Assembly (NCBI GenBank): GCA_947577065.1
Contig: CANPTT010000005.1
Coordinates: forward strand, 6,101-70,100
Reading direction: 5' to 3'
DNA: 64,000 nt
Source of the DNA: an uncultured Pseudoflavonifractor sp.
Lineage (GTDB): Bacteria; Bacillota; Clostridia; Oscillospirales; Oscillospiraceae
In this document: in pieces, positions 59,761 to 64,000 of the stretch
Layout: the number at the start of each line of letters is the position of its first letter
Position numbering within the stretch: position 1 is the first letter of the stretch
Program-made: the position numbers and the translations under genes
Notes under the pieces: model-generated
What the model was told of the DNA's origin: nothing
The model's database searches: none
The model's input: the letters and a program-made list of their open reading frames with translations, nothing else

Positions 59761-60963
59761 ATGAAAACAGTTACCATCTATACCGATGGGGCCTGTTCGG
59801 GAAACCCTGGGCCGGGAGGCTGGGGGGCCATTCTTCAATACGGGGAATTTAAACGGGAGTTCTCCGGGGGCGAGGCGGAGACCACCAACAACCGCATGGA
59901 GCTCACCGGGGTCATCACCGCCCTGGAATCCCTGAAGGAGCCGTGCATCGTAGAACTCTACTCCGACTCCAAATACGTCATCGACGCTCTGGACAAGGGC
60001 TGGGCCAAAGGCTGGAAGGCCAAGGGCTGGGTGAAGCCGGACAAAAAGCCCGCATTGAACCCCGACCTCTGGGAGCGGCTTTTGGCGCTGTGCGAGACCC
60101 ACACTGTTCACCTCCACTGGGTCAAGGGCCACGCCGACAACGAGTTCAACAACCGCTGCGATGAGCTGGCGGTGGCGGAGAGCCAGAAATTCCATCAGGA
60201 GAGGCCGTCCGCCGAAGAGGAAGCGCCGGAGGAGTTCCCTGAGCTGGTCCGGATCACCGACCGCATCTACTGCTTTCCCGGGGAGGATTTTACCGGCCGG
60301 GACCGCCCCTTCCTCTACTACGTCCGGGGGGACAAGCTCCGTCTGGCGGTGGATGCGGGGAACTCCCCTGCCCACGTGAGGGCCTTCTACGCCGCCCTGA
60401 AGGCGGCGGGCCACCCCACCCCGGACCTTACCATTCTGACCCATTGGCACTGGGACCACACCTTCGGCCTCCGGGCGGTGAAGGGCCTCACCCTGGCCAC
60501 CCAGGCCACCAACGAGGTCCTGCGGAAGGTTCAGACCTGGGCCTGGGATCCGGCCTCCATGGAGGAGCGGCTCGCTTCCGGGGAGGACATTCAGGCCTGC
60601 GCCGACTGTATCCGTCGGGAGTACAACGACCCGGAGAAGATCCGGGTGGTGACGGCGGACATGGAGATCAATGGCCCGGTGGCCCTCGACCTGGGCGGGA
60701 TCACCTGCCAGGTCATCCCCCAGGACTCCCCCCACTCCCGGGACGGCCTCTTCCTCTATTTTCCCGAGGAGAAGGCTCTGGCCGTAGGGGACGGGGAGAG
60801 CGGCGACTACTACGAGCTGGACGGGCAATATGACACCCGGAGGCTGGAGGCTTTCCTCTCCTTCCTGGATACCCTGGACTATGACCTGGCCCTTCCCGGC
60901 CACCAGATGCCCTGGAGCAGAGCCGACCAGCTTGCGGAGCTGCGGACGCATCTGGAGTCGTGA
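59761..60963 (+). CDS. rnhA: Ribonuclease HI fused to an MBL-fold metallo-hydrolase
   Basis: [31 protein letters not shown]...N.RCDELA; then [19 protein letters not shown]. Confidence 0.9.
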   Translation: MKTVTIYTDGACSGNPGPGGWGAILQYGEFKREFSGGEAETTNNRMELTGVITALESLKEPCIVELYSDSKYVIDALDKGWAKGWKAKGWVKPDKKPALNPDLWERLLALCETHTVHLHWVKGHADNEFNNRCDELAVAESQKFHQERPSAEEEAPEEFPELVRITDRIYCFPGEDFTGRDRPFLYYVRGDKLRLAVDAGNSPAHVRAFYAALKAAGHPTPDLTILTHWHWDHTFGLRAVKGLTLATQATNEVLRKVQTWAWDPASMEERLASGEDIQACADCIRREYNDPEKIRVVTADMEINGPVALDLGGITCQVIPQDSPHSRDGLFLYFPEEKALAVGDGESGDYYELDGQYDTRRLEAFLSFLDTLDYDLALPGHQMPWSRADQLAELRTHLES

Positions 60964-61029
60964 TCCAGAGCGATCCCCAAGCGGCGAGGAAAAGATACGA
61001 TTTTATTTTGTTTTGCTTTGCGTCTGAAA

Positions 61030-61075
61030 AGAGAGGATCCGGCTGCGGAGGCGCTCCGCAGCCGGATCCTTTTCG
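61030..61075. terminator. Terminator hairpin
   Basis: AGGATCCGGCTGCGGAG-GCG-CTCCGCAGCCGGATCCT-TTT. Confidence 0.8.
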
Positions 61076-61101
61076 CGTATAAGGACATCCGTTTTCCTGG
61101 G

Positions 61102-62055
61102 TTATTCGATCCAGCCGTTCCAATTTCTGCCCTCGGCGTATTGCAGAAAGGCCCGGAGGGCGAAGGGCGTATAGTTTTGCTTGGAGAGCAGGACAAAAAA
61201 GGTTCGATCCATATGGAGGTCTTGCAGCCGGAAAAAGCGCAGTCCGGAAGAGAAGGTGCGAACCAGATGATCGCTGGTAAAGGTGCATCCCATGCCGCAG
61301 GAGGCCAGGCGGTACGCCGTTACCAGCTGAGACAGCTCCATTTTGATCTTGGGGACGAAACCCTCCCGAGAAAAAAACTCGTCGGAACGTTTTCTCAGGT
61401 TATTTCCCGGGGTGAGCAGAAGAAAATCCAGATCCTGAAACCAGGAAAAGGAGGCCTTGGGGCAGTCCGGGCGCAGATGGCGCGCCGCGATAATATCCTC
61501 CCCGCTGAGGGCGGCGTGCAGGGCGGGCTCTGCAAGGGGGAAGGTCTGGGGGACGGCCAGAAGGATATGGTCCTGAAAGGCCAGGCGGTGATCAAACTGC
61601 TCCACCGCGTCGGGGGCGCAGCTCAGGATCAGATCCACGTCGTGGTTTTTCAAAAGCGGGGGCAGCCTATCGGAGCTGGTCTCGGCAAATTCCAGATGAA
61701 TGCCGGGGTAACGCTGGGAAAAACCGACCGCAAGAGGGGCCAGGACGTAAGAGTTGAGAAAATGAGTGCCGCCAATACGAAGGGTCCCCGTTTTCAGGTC
61801 CCGCAGATCCTCGATTTCCTGAACCAGCCCCTTTTCCAACTGGCGGATACGGTCAATGGCCGCGATATAGGCCTCCCCCGCCTGGGTCAGCCGCAGGGGA
61901 CGGCGGCTGCGGTCAAAGAGCTCCGCCCCCAGCCGGTCCTCCACCCGCCGGATGGCCAGGCTCAATGCAGGCTGTGTCATGAACAGGTTTTCGGCGGCCT
62001 TGGAAAAGCTCTGATCCCGGTAAACCTGGTAGATGTACTCCATGTCCTGCTCCAT
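61102..62055 (-). CDS. LysR family regulator
   Basis: SFSKAAENLFMTQPALS..I..VE..LG..LFDR. Confidence 0.93.
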   Translation of the reverse strand: MEQDMEYIYQVYRDQSFSKAAENLFMTQPALSLAIRRVEDRLGAELFDRSRRPLRLTQAGEAYIAAIDRIRQLEKGLVQEIEDLRDLKTGTLRIGGTHFLNSYVLAPLAVGFSQRYPGIHLEFAETSSDRLPPLLKNHDVDLILSCAPDAVEQFDHRLAFQDHILLAVPQTFPLAEPALHAALSGEDIIAARHLRPDCPKASFSWFQDLDFLLLTPGNNLRKRSDEFFSREGFVPKIKMELSQLVTAYRLASCGMGCTFTSDHLVRTFSSGLRFFRLQDLHMDRTFFVLLSKQNYTPFALRAFLQYAEGRNWNGWIE

Positions 62056-62076
62056 AGAGACCTCCAATTATAATAG

Positions 62077-62109
62077 ATAATTTATGATATTATAAAAATC
62101 ATAAATTAT
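62077..62109. promoter_or_regulatory. 12-bp inverted repeat, putative LysR operator
   Basis: ATAATTTATGAT-N9-ATCATAAATTAT between divergent genes. Confidence 0.6.
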
Positions 62110-62201
62110 ATCATGATTCTGTGCTATTGTAAAGAAGGAACAAAAAAAGCCCCGGGAAAACGGGGTGGCTTGGCCATTATAGAAGAATAGGAGCTATAAA
62201 A

Positions 62202-63710
62202 ATGGATCCCAATGCATTGCTGATGGACGGACGGGACAATGTAGTGACCTGCATAAAGGATATTTCCGCGGGGGAGGAGATCGTCTATTACCTGGAGGGG
62301 GAGAGAAAGACCCTCCGGGCGGAGGAGGCGATCCCCTTCTGCCACAAAGCCTCCCTGCGGGACATTGCCCCGGGAGAGGACGCGCTGAAGTATGGGGAGC
62401 GGATCGGCCGCGCCACCGCCTTCATTCAAAAAGGAGGCTGGGTCTCCCATGAGAATATCGTCAGCGTCCCCCGGGATTATGACAGCGAGCTTGTCCCAGA
62501 GCCGGAGGATCCGATCCTCCCGGAACAAACCGCCGGGGCGGACAGCGGGATCCGGTTTTGGGGCTACCGCCGGACGGAAGGCCGGCCCGGAATTCGCAAC
62601 CATGTGTTGATCCTCCCCTCCTGCGCCTGCGGTTCAGAGTCCTGCCGCATTGTGGCAAGCCAGGTTCGGGGAGCTGTCAACATCGTGTTCAATACCGGCT
62701 GCTCCGATGTGGCGGCCAACACAGCCATGAGTCAGAAGGTGCTGACCGGATTTGCCTGCAATCCCAACGTCTATGGCGTGGTGATCATCGGTCTTGGCTG
62801 TGAGACGGTAGGGCATAAAGAGCTGCGGGAAAAGATCCAGGGCATGACGGGCAAGCCGGTGGTCTCCTTTGGAATACAGGAGGAGGGCGGGACGCTGAAA
62901 ACCATTGAAAAGGCAGTCCGGGCGGCCCGGGAGATGGCGGCTCTGGCGGGGATGCAGCAGAAGGAACTGTTTCCCATTTCGGAGCTGCTGATGGGGATCG
63001 AATGCGGGGGTTCCGACGCCACCTCCGGCATTGCTTCAAACCCCGCCGTGGGGGAGCTCAGCGATCTGCTGGTGGATCTGGGAGCCACCAGCATGATGAG
63101 TGAATCCATTGAGTGGATCGGCGGAGAGCACGTGGTGGCCAAGCGGGCCGCCACGCCCCGGCTTCACAATGCGGTCATTGAGATCTGCAGGGCCTATGAA
63201 GAGCATCTAAAGGCTGCCGGCCAGGACTGCCGGGCGGGACAGCCCACCCCCGGCAATAAAAAGGGAGGGCTTTCCACTCTGGATGAAAAGAGTATTGGCT
63301 GTATCCGAAAGGGTGGGACCCGCCCCATTGTAGAGGTGCTGGAGCAGGCCGAGAGGCCCGTATGCCGGGGAGCTGTGGTGATGGATACCGCCGGGTATGA
63401 CATATCCTCCGTGACCAGCATGGTGGCGGGCGGCTGCCAGTTGGTGATCTTCACCACCGGCCGGGGAACGCCCACAGGGAACGCCATCGCGCCGGTACTC
63501 AAGGTGACGGGAAACGAGCTGACCTATCAAAGGATGGAGGATAATATGGATGTGGATCTGTCCCCCATCATCCGGGGGGAAAAGACCTATCAGGAGATGG
63601 GGCGGGAGCTGCTCCAGGTGATTTTTGATATCTGCAACGGCAAACTGACCAAGGCTGAGGCCTATGGTTTTTCGGATATCGCGGTAGACCACGTCTGTCG
63701 GTTTGTGTAG
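62202..63710 (+). CDS. UxaA/GarD-family dehydratase with N-terminal SAF domain
   Basis: DNV...HKA...KYG..IG.A; GYRR..G..GIRNH, GLGCE, ECGGSD..SG..SNPA.G, FTTGRG. Confidence 0.88.
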   Translation: MDPNALLMDGRDNVVTCIKDISAGEEIVYYLEGERKTLRAEEAIPFCHKASLRDIAPGEDALKYGERIGRATAFIQKGGWVSHENIVSVPRDYDSELVPEPEDPILPEQTAGADSGIRFWGYRRTEGRPGIRNHVLILPSCACGSESCRIVASQVRGAVNIVFNTGCSDVAANTAMSQKVLTGFACNPNVYGVVIIGLGCETVGHKELREKIQGMTGKPVVSFGIQEEGGTLKTIEKAVRAAREMAALAGMQQKELFPISELLMGIECGGSDATSGIASNPAVGELSDLLVDLGATSMMSESIEWIGGEHVVAKRAATPRLHNAVIEICRAYEEHLKAAGQDCRAGQPTPGNKKGGLSTLDEKSIGCIRKGGTRPIVEVLEQAERPVCRGAVVMDTAGYDISSVTSMVAGGCQLVIFTTGRGTPTGNAIAPVLKVTGNELTYQRMEDNMDVDLSPIIRGEKTYQEMGRELLQVIFDICNGKLTKAEAYGFSDIAVDHVCRFV

Positions 63711-63782
63711 GAGGCCATATCTTCTTATTGAAGATTCTATAAACAGCCTCACCGTGCTTAAGAGATGAAAGGAGAAATAGCC

Positions 63783-64000
63783 ATGAACAAAACCGATATT
63801 CATTCTAAAAAATTTCCTGCCCTGTTGATCTGGGTCCTCCTCCTTGCACTCAGCCTGTTCATTATGGGCGGCTTTTACAACAACTGGGGTAATGTAACCG
63901 TACGGCGCAATCTAATGCCCTCTGAAAACGGCCTTCAGTACAGCTATCTTTCCTTTCTGCAAAATGATGTCAGCGATGACAACCCGGGCCCGGCTGTACT
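63783..64000 (+). CDS. 5' part of a membrane-anchored protein, truncated by the window end
   Basis: RBS AAGGAG; MNKTDIHSKKFPALLIWVLLLALSLF...; open to the end. Confidence 0.65.
   Translation, partial: MNKTDIHSKKFPALLIWVLLLALSLFIMGGFYNNWGNVTVRRNLMPSENGLQYSYLSFLQNDVSDDNPGPAV

Overview
Chromosomal origin region of a GC-rich gut Firmicute (Clostridia; gene content resembles Oscillospiraceae, which is an inference). It holds the rpmH-dnaA-oriC-dnaN-yaaA-recF-remB-gyrB-gyrA core (47.7-58 kb), rnpA-yidD-yidC-jag, and about 45 kb to the left parA-parB with three perfect parS sites, serS, mscL, rsmG, minD-mgsA, and a T-box-led hisS...aspS unit interrupted by SLH genes. Also present: TPP riboswitch-thiT, a PotABCD-like ABC importer, a DEAD-box helicase, a probable bile-acid 12alpha-HSDH beside a MarR/ABC exporter, lexA, darA-holB-ricT, htrA, an RNase HI-MBL fusion and LysR/uxaA-like genes. 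No rRNA, tRNA, CRISPR array, prophage or intact transposase was seen. Best leads: (1) a ~255-nt structured leader with terminator/antiterminator logic before the ABC importer that matches no riboswitch class I recognise; (2) a surface protein apparently split into two secreted genes at the position of an Asp-Pro motif; (3) parS sites overlapping start codons of secreted-protein genes; (4) the RNase HI-MBL fusion; (5) an MgsA lacking its catalytic Asp next to minD; (6) an Asp-specific T-box over hisS. All family calls come from motif recognition by eye, not from database searches.
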